From Lama guanicoe (taxonomy: Eukaryota): a stretch of 64,000 nt of DNA. The position numbers were made by a program, and so were the translations under genes. The stretch spans positions 2,386,123 to 2,450,122 of the forward strand of contig MU053557.1 in NCBI GenBank assembly GCA_013239625.1. The letters run 5' to 3'. Below, one piece after another: positions 13,911-27,239 of this stretch (the stretch's first letter is position 1; every line of letters begins with the position of its first letter). The notes under the pieces are model-generated. The model saw only the letters and a list, made by a program, of their open reading frames with translations. It was not told the DNA's origin and did not search any database.

Positions 13911-14023
13911 AAAAATTAGAGGAGAAGATTAAAGAGCCAATTAAAGAACCTTCTGAAGAACCTTTGCCAATGGAGACAGAGGAGGAGGACCCTAAAGAAG
14001 AGCCAATAAAAGAGATAAAGGAG
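13911..14023 (+). CDS. TCERG1: TCERG1 exon 8 (Glu/Lys-rich linker)
   Basis: ttaatag|AA AAA TTA...GAG|gtaaag; 113 nt; KLEEKIKEPIKEPSEEPLPMETEEEDPKEEPIKEIKE. Confidence 0.95.
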
Positions 14024-14725
14024 GTAAAGGGTCACGACCCTTTGATGAAGCCACCATTGGTTATAACTGAAAATCCATTTGCTGTAGTTTTAAATAATTG
14101 CTGTACATCTGATCTCTGAAATGTTAGCATTCTTTTACAGTTTCTAATTCAGTTTTTCCTTTGAAAGTATAAAAGAAAGGGCCTTGGACTAGAGCTTGGA
14201 CCTGATGTCCAGCCTCCTGACTTACAGACCTGGTACATGTTATAAGTACAACTTTATGTTTGGGGAATGTTTGTTATAATTTATCTCCAGGTGTGAAATA
14301 ATCCCTAAACAGCACTAAAAGAGCTCTGCTTTTTGGAAGCTTCCTCTCTTCAATGAGGAACCAGTGGTAGTCATGTCTTATAAGTAAGGAATTTAGCAGA
14401 AAAAAGAAATGACCTTAAGTGAAGAGGTCTCCTGATCTTCTGTACCCTTTTACTCATTTCTTCTCTTAATGAATGGTTAATGAGACTGTAAGATAGGACC
14501 ATCTGCTGCTCATGGGTCTACTGTTAAGGAATTGGGCTCTCTCTTGGGGGCAAGGATTTAGAACTTTCTTAGAGGTTCCTATTCATAGTCTCCCCCCCCC
14601 CCATGCTAGCAGGAGACGTCATGTTGATTGCACTTTAAGGTACTTGCGATTATTCTTGTATTTGTGGGATATTCAGGTGTAGTTTTATAATAATAATTTA
14701 ATGAGAGTAACATCATTTCCCATAG

Positions 14726-14814
14726 GAGCCCAAAGAAGAGGAGATGACTGAAGAAGAAAAGGCTGCCCAGAAGGCAAAGCCAGTAGCTACTACACCTATT
14801 CCTGGTACTCCATG
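14726..14814 (+). CDS. TCERG1: TCERG1 exon 9 (start of WW3)
   Basis: cccatag|GAG CCC...CCA TG|gtatgt; 89 nt; EPKEEEMTEEEKAAQKAKPVATTPIPGTPW. Confidence 0.95.
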
Positions 14815-15664
14815 GTATGTACTTGGCTTAATTAGTAAGTTATTTTATTTACCTATTTCTTTCTTTCTTTCGTGTCATACTTGATTATTACACGATTATC
14901 CAATAGGAAAAAAAAAAGTACTTTTAAAAAGTGTATGCCAAAAAAAAGTATATGTCAAATTCATGTTTTTATCTACTGAATATTTTTGGGTTCTTGTTCA
15001 TGGTATTTTGCTTAATTGCTGTGGTGTCTTTTTCCCCTGATGGTGCTCTCTATTAATGTTTTATTATTCATGATTATAGATTTGAGCCCCTGTAAGATCC
15101 TGAATATACTTTTTATTGTTTTAAGTGTTTTAAAATTGCTTTTGTATATACATCCACATTTGTGATTATGTTTATAGAACTATGTAAAATTATGTGTTTT
15201 TGCCTTAGCATTGGATAGTCTGTTTTTTCTTTCCTCCTTCTGTTTGGGTCTCCCTTTCCCTTCTTTCCCCACATTAGTGCTTTCTGTCCTTTTCCTGCTG
15301 TAATTTATTTAAGCCATATACAATCAACCCATGGCAGTGAGTTGACTTTACATCTTAGAATCTGTAGGTTTCCCCTCTAACTTGTTGTCCTTGCTTTTTC
15401 CTCCTTGTTTTTTTAATTAAAAAAAAATGTGTGTCTTTTTCTGTAGAATCCCACAGTCTGGATTTTGCTGTTGCATCCCCATGGTACTGTTTAATAGAAT
15501 TCTCCATTTCTGAGTTTCCTGCAAATTAGGGAGCAGTTACAGAGATGTGATCAGATTCAAGTTTTATCTTCTTGGCAAGACTAGTTCATAGATGTCCCTT
15601 TCCCTCAGGATCTAGTTGTCTCTTTTTTGTGATATTAGCAGCCATTGCTGATTATTGCCTAGAT

Positions 15665-15893
15665 CAGTGATTTTCAACCAGAAGTAATTTTGTCTACCTC
15701 CCCTCAGTGTCCCTCTCCCTGCAGTGGATGTTGAACAATGTCTAGAGGCATTTTTGATTGTCTTAAGTTGGAGGGTGTTAATAGCATGTATAGGCCTGGG
15801 ATGCTCCTAACATCTCTCCATGCACAGGACAGCTCCCTACATGAATTAATTATTTGGCCCAAAGTGTTAATAGTGCTGAGGTTGCAAAACCTG
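15665..15893. mobile_element. MER20-like hAT DNA transposon
   Basis: CAG...CTG termini; perfect 8-bp TSD GCCTAGAT at 15657-15664 and 15894-15901; MER20-like interior. Confidence 0.85.
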
Positions 15894-17530
15894 GCCTAGA
15901 TCTATCATCACTAAGGGTTGAAAGTGGTAGTAATTTATTTCTGTCACTATTTTCATTTGTTAACTAGAATACTTAAGAGATACTTCCCCTTACTAACACT
16001 GGTTATTTGGAAATACAAATTGTACAGGAAAGGACTTAACATGTTTTCAGAATAATGTGTCAGTTTGAGAATTAGAAATTCATAGACATAAATATATTTT
16101 ATATGTTTTTATCCATGACAGTTATTATTATTACTGATGTTTGTATGTTTCACCTTTGGCTAGGTGAAGACTTCAGGTTAACTCCTGACGGCTTATTTTG
16201 GTTGTTGTTACAATCCTATCTTTGATACCTTCCTTGTTTTCTTCTCTGACAAGACATTCCTGGCTTATCTCATGTATTTCTTATTTCAGACCTGGATTCA
16301 GCCATTTCTCCAAAGAGCCCTGGTTTCTTTTTGTGGGAAGTGGTATTAGTGTGGGATCGAGGGATAGTCATTACTACTGAATTAGTCATTATTTGTAGAT
16401 CTTTTTGGTAGACACAGATGGAAGATACGTTTGAAGATGCATCTTGAGTTCACACCATTACTTTTTTTTACCCCCACACCATCACTTGTAATTCAACTCT
16501 ACTATAAAATTTTTGATGACTCTCATCATCTATCTTAATTCAGTATCTCCTTCCGTTCTGAAAATCCTGTTTCCCAGTGATAGGAACATAATTACTCATT
16601 TGCTTTTCTCATACACAAGACACAGAGTAACAGTACCAATGCAATCACTTAAAGTGTGATTACTGAAGACTATTTAAGTTTTTATTTCTAGTCATTTTTG
16701 TGTTTAGGGTCTACTCCTCTAGGGATGTATGATCAAATTATTGTGTTTTTAAAGCATTTTTGAATAATTGTTTTCTATATAGTTATTCCACCAACTTGAC
16801 ACAGGTTCATTTTAAAAAAAATTGCCCAGAATATTTACCCAGTTCTAAAATCAAATTTATGAAAACAATCTTTTTTAGAAGAATATATTCATAGATTGTG
16901 TTTTCTCTGTTTGAGTATTTATTGTACATGGAAAGCCAGTAACCACGTCCAGACCCTACCAGTATGGATCTTTGTGGGTCTCAGTAGTTTTCAGACTTGA
17001 GTCTGTTCTCATATTAATGAAATTTTCCTTTGGAATTTGTTTAATTAATGCTTCTCTTCATCTGTTTCTTTCTCCTTTCTGGGACATTTGTTACTTGCTT
17101 GTCGGGTATCTTGTAGAAATCTTTTGCTTTTTCTTTTATGATACATATCTATAGTTCCTGTGCTCCACTTTGAGTTATTTTCTCATTGCTCTGATATATT
17201 ATTAGATGGATGTATACAGAAAGCATACAATATAAAATAACCATATGAAGTAAAAAAAATGATAGAATTCCACTTTCACCGAGCCTCCTCATTAATAAAA
17301 TTGGGTACATATGCTTTCTGTGCTATATTGCGTTTATGTAAATGTGTATAGAGGTGTGTGTGGTTAATATGCATATTATAATGTCTTTAAAAAGTATTAT
17401 TCCTCAGTTTTTTACTAAATGTGTCGCAGAAATTTTGCAGTTTTAGTACATTTATATCTGTGATAGCGTAGTTTTCTGTTGTATGAAAATGCATAATTTT
17501 CCTGCACATAAATGATTAGGTTGTCTTTCA

Positions 17531-17532
<2 letters not shown>

Positions 17533-17568
<36 letters not shown>
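17533..17568. repeat. (TG)18 microsatellite
   Basis: Direct reading. Confidence 0.95.
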
Positions 17569-17572
<4 letters not shown>

Positions 17573-17889
17573 GGTTTTGTTTGTTTTTTTTTTCTTTCTG
17601 TTCCTGGCATTTCAAAAGTTGCTGTTTAGGACATCCTTACATGTAACTATTTCCTTGTGAACGCATGCACGTATTTCTGTTTTATTGACTTCTAGAAGTG
17701 AAATTGCTAAATCAAGCAATATAGCAACTTCATAAGAAATCATAAATGTTTCCACAATATTGGTGTAGTTGAATCTATTTCTTGTTTATTGGCTGTGCAT
17801 TGCTTCTTTACAGTTAATGCTCATCTTTTTAAGGACTTGTATTTTCTTAATGATCTGTGGGAGCTTTTTACATATACTGTCATTCACTC

Positions 17890-18645
17890 TTTGACGTAAA
17901 GAATTCTTACACCTCAATAAGATGAAAAACAATCCAACAAAAAATAATCAAAAGATGTGAACATGTACTTTACAAACAATGCATGAATGGCAAATAAGCC
18001 ATGAAAAGAAGCTCCCTGTTATTAGTAATAATCAGAGAAATGTAAATTAAAACCACACCTGTTAGAATAGCTAAGAATTTCGAAAACTGAGCATGCTGAA
18101 TGTTTTAGAGGATGGCGACTAACTAAAATTCTTATACACTGCTGATGGGAATTTCAAAATGGTGGGACTACTTTGGAGAATATGTAATAAATAATCCAGC
18201 CATTCCACTCCTGTTTACTTGAGAGAAACAAAAACATAGGTCTGCGGGAAGACTTTTACAAGAATATTCATAGCAGTTTTATTTGTAATTTATTTGGGCT
18301 GTTTCCAGTTTTTGATTGTTATAAATAAGTAAATATCTAGGAATGGAAAAGTTGAAAACTAGAAACAACCCAAACGTCCACCAACAGGTGAATGGATAAA
18401 TTGTGGCATATTCAAACAAAGGCATGCTACTCAGCAATAAAAAGGAACAAACTGTTGGGAGGTGGGAGTGTAGCTCAGCGGTGAAGTACATGCTTAGCTT
18501 GCACGAGGTCCTGGGTTCAATTCCTAGTGCCTCCATTTAAACAAATTAAAATAAATAAATTTAAATTAAAAAAAAAAGGAACAAACTATTGATACATTCA
18601 ACAACATAGATGTATCTCAAAATCATTATTGCTAAGTGAAGTCTT
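17890..18645 (+). mobile_element. Old L1 3' fragment, interrupted by a SINE
   Basis: L1 ORF2-end/3'UTR motifs (atcagagaaatgtaaattaaaaccaca; aaacaacccaaacgtccaccaacaggtgaatggataaa). Confidence 0.75.
18457..18574 (+). mobile_element. tRNA-Ala-derived SINE (vic-1-like)
   Basis: A box TAGCTCAGCGG, B box GGTTCAATTCC, A-rich tail; 16-bp TSD AAAGGAACAAACT(G/A)TT. Confidence 0.88.
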
Positions 18646-19608
18646 TTGTGGAAATCTTTTTTTGTCATGGAATCCAAATAAAAACTAAGGGTTGTTGATC
18701 CTAGGAAATACAAAATATTTCTAGTTTTGATCTCTCTTTACAATCAGTTTTAAAAGTAAAGGTCGAGGAAGTGAGTGTTAAATATTTTCATCCAACTATT
18801 CAGTGCCGAATTCTCTTTAAGAATTTCCATTAGAACCATCCTGAGACACTTAAACCATTTTGTTAGATGTTTCACTTTATTAGGGGAAAACTAAGGTTGA
18901 ATTTCTGTACAAGTTTCTGAAACACTGATCCACATTAACAGCAATATCTGCTTTAAAATGGAGAGCTAGTCTCCTAAAACATGTTGACTGCAGAATACCT
19001 AGGTATTAATGGTAAATGTGGAGTGAAAAGCTGTCAGGACGTTTTATGAACAAAGAATTCTTATGTCACAAAACTATCCTGTGCTAAAGGTAATATGCAT
19101 AATAAACTGCTTAGGGGTGGAGTGTACTGATAATCTGCAATATCTAATGTATCAAAAAAAAATAAGACTGGCAGATGGATTGAGGGAAGGATAGTTAAGT
19201 GATAAAGCATATATGATAACTGTAAAATCTAGGTGCTCAATAGTGTTCATTGTTTTAAAAACATTCTTTCAGTGTTCTGTATGTTTCAATTTTTTCATAA
19301 TGAAATATGAGAAGTAAAAAAATGGAAACTTTAGAAGCCCAGCAGCAATCAGTCTACATGTATGTGTGTGTGTGTATGCATGTGTGTATATAGATTGATT
19401 GATTTTATATATATATATAAAATATATATATGTTAATTCCCTGTGCCACTCTAGGTAAAAGCCCAAATACTGTAATATGTAAGTTCAAAGATAAATTCTT
19501 CATAACTTAAAACCCAGCACAGGTTACAGACAAAGCATGGCAAATACAGGCAGCCCTCACTGCACTTTGTACGGGACTGTAAAAATTAACTGCAGGCTAA
19601 ATCTTCGT

Positions 19609-19711
19609 GTTTTTTTTTTAACATTTTTTATTGATTTATAATCATTTTATAATGTTGTGTCAGATTCCAGTGTAGAGCACAATTTTTCAGTTATACAGGA
19701 ACATATGTATA
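19609..19711 (-). mobile_element. 5'-truncated young L1 3' end (~100 bp)
   Basis: Poly-T then L1 tail; 16-bp TSD CAGGCTAAATCTT(C/T)GT at 19593-19608 and 19712-19727. Confidence 0.8.
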
Positions 19712-20359
19712 CAGGCTAAATCTTTGTCATGCAATCATAGTAAGCAAAGGAAAAAATTACAATTGGTCCATGTCCTTTAAAAACTTGTCAAAACATTAAA
19801 AACTTTCTTAGAACTAGACTACTAAAGTTTACTGATCTTAGGAAATACAAAATGCTTCTAATTTGGGCCTATCAATCTAAAAAAAAAAGACTAATGCTGT
19901 GAAATACCAGGGGAAAAAAATCCCAGTATAGTTAATGGAAACATGAAACTGTATTTTACATTTAGCTTCTTAGAGATAGCAATTTGAAGAGCAGCATGTA
20001 AAGATAGCAAGAGGTAAGCTAATAAAGTTAGATTATTCAAATGAAGTGGAATATCCTGCTTAGCTGAACAAGTTGTTTAGCTTAAAGTTGGCAGTCACCC
20101 ATATTATAAGAAATGGAAAACAGTAAATTAGGGAATGAAAGTTATAATACATTCCTTCATTGATAGATCTTGGAAGGTAATTTGAAGAGGTGATTATCTT
20201 TCATGTATTCAGGTGGACTGTAAGAACACTAGGGACATAATAGTTGAATTTTTGGAGAGGGAATGAGGATGCTTCCTAAGAAAGACACAACCTAGAAGCA
20301 ATAAATAAAAAGATGAATAAATTTGACCTCATAGAAATAGAAGATTTATGAATGACAAG

Positions 20360-23300
20360 GTTTTTGTATATTAATTTTGTAGACTAGAATCTTGCTAAGT
20401 TCTTTTATTACAGTGTTACAGATTCTCTAGGATTTTCTCTGTAAATAATCATACCATCTGCAAAGAGGAGTCTTTTTATTTCTTAGTCTCTGATCTTTGA
20501 TGCCTTTTATTTTTCTGTTATTGCTAGGTCTATCAGTGCAATGCTAAATAGGAGAGGTAAAAGTGAGCATCTTTGCCTTGTTCTCCATATTGCAGGGAGG
20601 TAGTTCAGTCTTTTACCTCAGTTATAATATTAGCTATAGGTTTTTAAAAATTTCCTGGTGTTTTAATCATAAATCTGCATCTTTGGAAATGAATTAGTTC
20701 TTCTTCTTTGTTCTGTGGTGAATCACATTGATTTTTGAATGTTTAGCTAGCTTTGCATTTCTAGAATAAACCATGTCATAAATTTTGACATGTTGTATTT
20801 TCATTGCCATTCAGTTCTTACTGTTTTAAAATTTTCATTTTGTCATGGTAAATTATTATTTTTTTTAATTGAAGTATAGTCAGTTACAATGTGTCAGTTT
20901 AATCTATTTTTATATATGGTGGTTAACATTTGCAAATCTCAAACTCTCAAATTTATACCTTTCTATCCCCTTTCCCCCAATAACCATAAAATTGTTTACT
21001 AGGTCTGCAAGTCTGTTTCTGTTTTGTAGTTGAGTTCACTAGTGTCCTCTTTCTTCTCCCCCCGCCCCCTTTTTTTTAGACTTCATGTATGAGTGATATC
21101 ATATGTAGTTTTCTTTCTCTTTCTGGCTTACTTCACTTAGAATGATGATCTGCAGTTCCATCCATGTTGCTGCAAATGGCATTATTTTATTCTTTTTTTA
21201 ATCAGTGAGTAGTATTCCACTGTACAAATATACCACAATTTCTTTATCCATTCATCTTTCAATGGACAGATTAATCTTTTTAATATATTGGTGGATTTGA
21301 TTTACTAATGTTTTATTGAGGATTTTTAAATCTGCACTCACGGCACATGGATCTATAAGTTTCTTTTGCAATGTTTTCATTAGGTTTTGGTGTTGAGGTT
21401 ATTATGCTTGTTTCATAAAATGAGTTGGATGGTGATTGGTGATTTCTACTCTAGTTATTGAAAAAGTGTATGAGGTGATACTACTTTTTCCTTAAGGTTT
21501 TATAGAGTTAAACCATCTGGGATCAGAGTTTGGGAGTCGGGGGAGGTTTTTGATAGTTAAACTTCTTTGATAGCTATAGGACTATGCAATTCTTTGTCTC
21601 TTCTGTCAGCTTTGGTAAGTTGTATATTTCAAGAGATTTGCTTATTTTATCTAAGTTGAATTTGTTCCTATTCTTTTAATGTCCTTTAAATGTCCGTAAT
21701 TTGTAGTGATAACCCATTTTTCTTTCCTCTAGTGGTGATGTGTTCCCTTTTCTGGATTAGACTAGCTGGAAGTTTGTCAGTTTTGTTGGTCTTTACAAAA
21801 AAACCCAGCTTTTGGAGTGGTTATCTTTTTTTTTCCCCCACTCATTTCTTTTTTCTACTTATTTTGGGTTTTCTTTGTGCTTTTTCTAGCTTATTGTGAT
21901 GGATTCTTGGATCATTAATATTAGTATATAATCATTTAAAACTTTATTGGATCTTCTTTAAGCACTGCTTTACCAGCAGCCTACACATTTTGACATGTAT
22001 TTTCATAGCCATTCAGTTCTTACTGTTTTAAAATTTTCTTTTTGATTTTGTCTTTGACTTATGTATTATTTAGAAATCTGTCATTTCATTTCCATAATTT
22101 GGGGAGTTTCTAGATATCTCACTTACTGATTTAATTGACCGGTGGTCAGAGAATGTACTTTATTTGATTTTTATACTTTCAGATTCATTAAGACTTTTAT
22201 TGTTCTTCAGATGATCTTTCTTAGTACCATTTGGGTTAGGTTAGTCTATCAGTTGCTTACAGTTTTACTAATCTGCTATAATTGTGAGATTGCCTGTTTC
22301 TCTCTTTAATTTGATCCTTTCTTCATTTATTTTGAAACTCTGTAAATGGGCTTTTATATATTTCACAACTGATACGTGTTCCTGATTGTCTTTTTTATCA
22401 TTATGAATTGACCTTCTTTATCTCTCTTAATAACCTTTTGTCTTCAAGTCTGTTTCATCTGTTATGAAAATAGCCATTCCTGCCTTAATGTTGTGTGCAT
22501 AGCATTTCTTTTTCCATCCATTTACTTTCACCCTTTCTATGGCTTTATATGTGAAATTGTCTCCTAAGACAGCTTATAGTTGTGTCTTGCGTTTTTATCC
22601 ACTTTGTCAATTCTTGCTTTTTAATTGGAGTGTTTAGACTGTTAATGTGAATGTAACTTTTCATATGGTTGGATTTCGATTAGATCTATTATTTGATTTC
22701 TGTCTTCTCTATTTTTGTTTTTCTGTTCCCCCTTTAGTAACTTCATTTAAATTACTTGAATATTTTTTAGCATTCCATTTGATAATTATCTGTTGGCTTT
22801 CTGGTGATAACTCTTTGCATTAAAGTTTAGTTGTTCTAGGGATACATTTGTAACCATCATAGCCTATTAGAGTTATTATTGTACCACTTCACAGAAAATA
22901 TGGAAACCTTGCTACCATACAGGTTCTTTTTAACCCTGAACCTAATGACCTTTATGTTGTAGTTTTCATATGTATTACCACTGTGTACACTGAAAATGCC
23001 ACTAGCATTGTTAATAATTTCTTATATAAATTTTAAAGAACTTAAGAGGAAAAAAATATATTATCTTTGGTGTTTACCATTTCTGTTTTCCTTTCATTGC
23101 TAAAGATCCAGGTTTGTGTTGGGGTTTTTGTTTTGTTTTTTTAAGTTATCATTTTCTTTCAGCTTGAAAAGCTTTCTTGTAGGGTAGTTCTAATAGAGAT
23201 GAAATCTCTTCATTTTCCTTCCTCTGAGAATAACTTTTTTTGCCCTGGTTCCTGAAGGATATTTTCAGTGTATGTGGAGTTCTGGTTTGGCATTTCTTTT

Positions 23301-23900
23301 TTTCTAAAACTTCAAAGATGTTGTTTTTCTGTGTTTTTGCCTCTGTGGGTTTCTGGTAGAAAATCCAGGGTCATTGGACTTACTCCCCTGTTTGTTCTGT
23401 TTCATATTTTTCCTTAGCTGCTATCAGGGATTTTTCTTTATATTTCATTTTCATCGTATTGATTATTTTTTGTCTAAAAATGTGTTTTTTGGGGTTTTTT
23501 TTTGAAGTTTATCCTGTTTGGGGTTCACTGAGCTGCTTTAATATTTGTTTCTTATCAATGTTGGAGATTTGGAGGGCCACTTTTTCTTCAGAGTTTTTCT
23601 GCCTCCAGTATTCTGTTTTCCTTCTGGGATCTCAATGACATGTATGTTAAACACTTTGATATAGTCCCATAGGTTCCTGTAACTTATTCTTTCTTTTATT
23701 AATGGTTTCTCTACTGAGAACTGTCTTTTCATTCATTTCAAGGTTTTTTTTTTTCAATCTAAAGAAGCCTAGTTATAATTACTGCTTTTAAAGTCTTTGA
23801 TTATTTCAACAGTAGAGGCTTTACCTGATAATATCAACATCTAGGTCACCTTGGGCTTGGCAGCTATTGATTAACTTTTGATTATCTGGCCAGAAAGACC
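20360..23900 (-). mobile_element. Long degraded antisense L1 with a nested younger L1 3' end (about 20860-21270)
   Basis: T-rich L1 antisense sequence; ORF1-like remnant (NLWDYIKVFNIHVIEIPEG, 23538-23732 -); the nested copy resembles the L1 tail at 62870+. Confidence 0.75.
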
Positions 23901-24645
23901 TGATTTCTATCGGAGATTTAGCTGCCTGTGCTACTATCACTGTACAACTGAGAGCCTCTTCAGGACAGAGGTTTGAGGGAGGAGAAATGGAATATTTACA
24001 CTCTTGCACTTGCTTCTCTAATTTTGACATCATGCTTCTATTTTTTAAAAAACTTTACAGTAGAGTCCTTACATACTTGTTTTTTTTTTTTCCGTCTGTG
24101 TATTGATGCAGAGTTGCTCGTTGTAATTAACAGGAACAGTGGGCTGTAGTGGGCTCCAGTATAATCAGTACCTCTCTTTATTTTCAAATATTTGATGTAA
24201 TCAGTTGTTAAAGGCTTCACTGAAGAATGTGTTTGTAATTCTGATTTGGTAAGAAATACTGAGAAGTATCCTGAAATAGGATGCTGTGATCTTTTTCTTT
24301 AGCTTTAGAACTGCTTAGTAGCATTATTAATTTATTACTATTAAACTTGTCTTTTGTGGTAGTATAAAATTGAGTGTGCCAGACTGAGTTCCTGAGCACT
24401 CTAAACTGATCACAAATTCCTTTGTTTTCCTGGCTTTCTCAATTAATTTGTTGAGTTAGTATTTTACCCTTAGTTAGTCAGCTCTCTTCTGTTCTAAAAA
24501 TCATCTTTGTCTCTCTATAAATAACTAATAATAATAATGTTTCCTCCCCCACCATCACCTCCACTTTGGATAGGATGACAGTAAAAGATCTAGCTATGAC
24601 ATATGTTCCATAACATAAGAAAATTATATTTGAATTAATTCATAG

Positions 24646-24806
24646 GTGTGTTGTTTGGACTGGTGATGAGAGGGTCTTCTTTTATAATCCTACCACCCGT
24701 CTTTCTATGTGGGACCGACCTGATGATCTGATTGGAAGGGCAGATGTTGATAAAATTATTCAGGAGCCCCCTCACAAAAAAGGAATGGAAGAAGTGAAGA
24801 AACTAA
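24646..24806 (+). CDS. TCERG1: TCERG1 exon 10 (WW3)
   Basis: ttcatag|G TGT GTT...CTA A|gtaagt; 161 nt; [46 protein letters not shown]. Confidence 0.96.
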
Positions 24807-25826
24807 GTAAGTTTTAAATTAGGAATTTATCCTCTAATTTTAACATTCTTTTAGTACTTTTGCAGGAAATGTGAGAACATTTAGAGATACTTTATATTTT
24901 CAAGGAATATAAGAAAAAGAATATTTGAGAAATGGAGAATAGACTGCTTTACTAGTTTGAGTTCAGTAATAGGAGAGGTGTTTTAAAAATAGAGAATTTG
25001 GATAAAATTATGTTTAGTAAAATATTTATTACATATATGTTTAACTTCTTGTTCTCTTCAAGATTGTCAGTTAGTCCAAGATATGTTGGTACTGCTGATG
25101 CTTGCTGCATGCTTATTGGTAATACTAACATGCTCCTCAGTGAGCTTTTTAGCACTCTTGTGATGAGTAATGTATTTTTAGAAATAATCAAACTGTACAG
25201 ACTATTTTTAAAATACTGTTTACTAAAATTTGTAAAATACAGAATGCAAAGGCTTAGTTAGTCTTTTAAACTTGATGAAATTTAGGGAAGGTAAGCCTTA
25301 TTCCTGAGAATGGAGACTTAAAAACTTTATTAAGAGATAATCTTTTAATGTACCACATATTCAGACATCATTGCAATATATAGAATGAACACAAATATTT
25401 GTGCATGATCCTTATTGCTTATTTTTATTGGTAATTTGTCCTTGTTTTATGATGATTATGTTTTTATAGAACCCCCTTGTGTAGTATAGAAGCATGATAA
25501 ATGAACTATTTAAAACTTCAAATGAAACAAATCCTAATACATGTTATTTATAATAATTGAGAAATCTCCATAGTTTATGTATACTTGGTACTAACATTTT
25601 CTGCTTACAAGTGATTTCTTAATTAGTGAAACTTGGTCTTTCTGGTTCTAAAGGTATAAGGGTTTGATCCATTTATTTGATAAATACATTCATTATAAAT
25701 AAAAATTTCAAAATGAATTGAAGATTTAATGGAAAGGGAAGGTAATAGAGAAGGTATTATAAAGGAAAAGATTGTTTAATTAGTGCATATAAGTATTCAT
25801 AATAACATTTGAAATGTTTTTGCCAG

Positions 25827-25883
25827 GGCACCCGACCCCGACAATGCTGTCCATCCAAAAGTGGCAATTCTCTATGAGTGCAA
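25827..25883 (+). CDS. TCERG1: TCERG1 exon 11 (57 nt, symmetric)
   Basis: ttgccag|GG CAC...GCA A|gtgagt; RHPTPTMLSIQKWQFSMSA. Confidence 0.92.
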
Positions 25884-26027
25884 GTGAGTGAACTGTAAAT
25901 TGCAGCTTTAAAGAAGTACAGTTAATGCATTTGTTAATAGTGCTTAGCAGAAGGAGTCATGCCTAAATACTTAAATTGTTGCTTGCTTATTTTTATCCTG
26001 ATGGTTTAATTAAATGTTATCTTACAG

Positions 26028-26094
26028 TTAAAGAAGAACAAGAATTAATGGAAGAAATGAATGAAGATGAACCTGTTAAAGCCAAAAAACGGAA
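26028..26094 (+). CDS. TCERG1: TCERG1 exon 12
   Basis: cttacag|TT AAA...CGG AA|gtaagt; 67 nt; IKEEQELMEEMNEDEPVKAKKRK, ending in a basic NLS-like run. Confidence 0.95.
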
Positions 26095-27188
26095 GTAAGT
26101 AATACTTATAGGTTATGTAATTTAGGTAGATTTTTTTACCTTTTAAAAGTTGATTAGATTGCAGTCAGTTCATGATTGGGACAGGTGATAATGTATGCTG
26201 TTAGGAGGCAGAAGTCATGATTGCTCTCTTAGGCCTGATATTGAAAAGCTTTGCTTTAGACTGTAGAAATGGTGTCTCTTCTGTTGCTAGATTTGCAAAA
26301 GATTTGATTATTTAAGTATGTATTATGAAGCCAAATGGTATTTTAGGAGTTAGTTGATAAATTACTTTCAGACATTCGTTAGGGCTGAATTTTATATTAA
26401 AAAAAAAAGAAACTCCCTCCCTAATGTAGACCCCAACGGATACCATGCCAGAAATCTCGTAAACGTATATACAGCCTTCTCTCTCTTCTTACATACTTGT
26501 CACTTGGCTAGTCCTTGAGTCCATGGTCATTACTTGGTGAAGAGGGAACCCATGAGCTTTTTCTGAGAGAGAGAGTGCTGTGAGTGAAGGGATTGGCATG
26601 ACCAGTGCTCTAGAGTCGGTAAAATATGAATGTTGCTAATTATGGGTGGTGAAAGGGTTGGGGTAGAGGGTGTTTGTGTGGGGATGGGGGAGGAATGGGA
26701 CCATTATTTAGCAGCAAAAAGGAAAGTTTGAAGACATTAGGGACTGGTCTATCATAGTCCTTATCTGAGAAGGACAGATTGAATGCAGCCAAATTATGGC
26801 CAAGAAATCAGTAAGACAACCCCTGTCAAGGGTGGTTCTTTTTTAAAAAAAAATTTCCTTATTGGCAACAATGTGAAAAAAATTAAGATATTAAAAGAGT
26901 CACCCCATAATTTACCACAGTAACAACAGCTATTTTCATATTTATAGTTGACTTTTTAGTTCTTGACCAAATGTATAATTATTTTTACTAGTTGTAATCA
27001 GCTGATTTTGTGTTTTTTTTTAAAAAGTCTAGACAAAGACATTTGTTTTCTTAATTACTGTAAATGACTGTATTCATTCTGTTTATGTACCGTAATTTTG
27101 GATATTCCTACAATGTTAAACTTTTAGGTTGTTTTTAATTGTTTGTTCTTATAGACAACTTTGTAAGGTTTTTAACTGCTTTTATCAG

Positions 27189-27239
27189 GAGAATGTCAAA
27201 GAAGTCCTTTATGTGGATTGCCCGAGCTTCTCTATTTAG
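27189..27239 (+). CDS. TCERG1: TCERG1 51-nt in-frame cassette exon (about exon 13)
   Basis: ttatcag|G AGA ATG...TTT AG|gtacaa; phase 2-2; adds RMSKKSFMWIARASLFR; recalled from a longer human isoform. Confidence 0.82.
   Translation, partial: ENVKEVLYVDCPSFSI

Noticed and set aside
26758..26810. Possible 53-nt stop-containing exon (atcatag|...TCA|gtaaga)
   Set aside because: No pyrimidine tract; cannot be distinguished from chance
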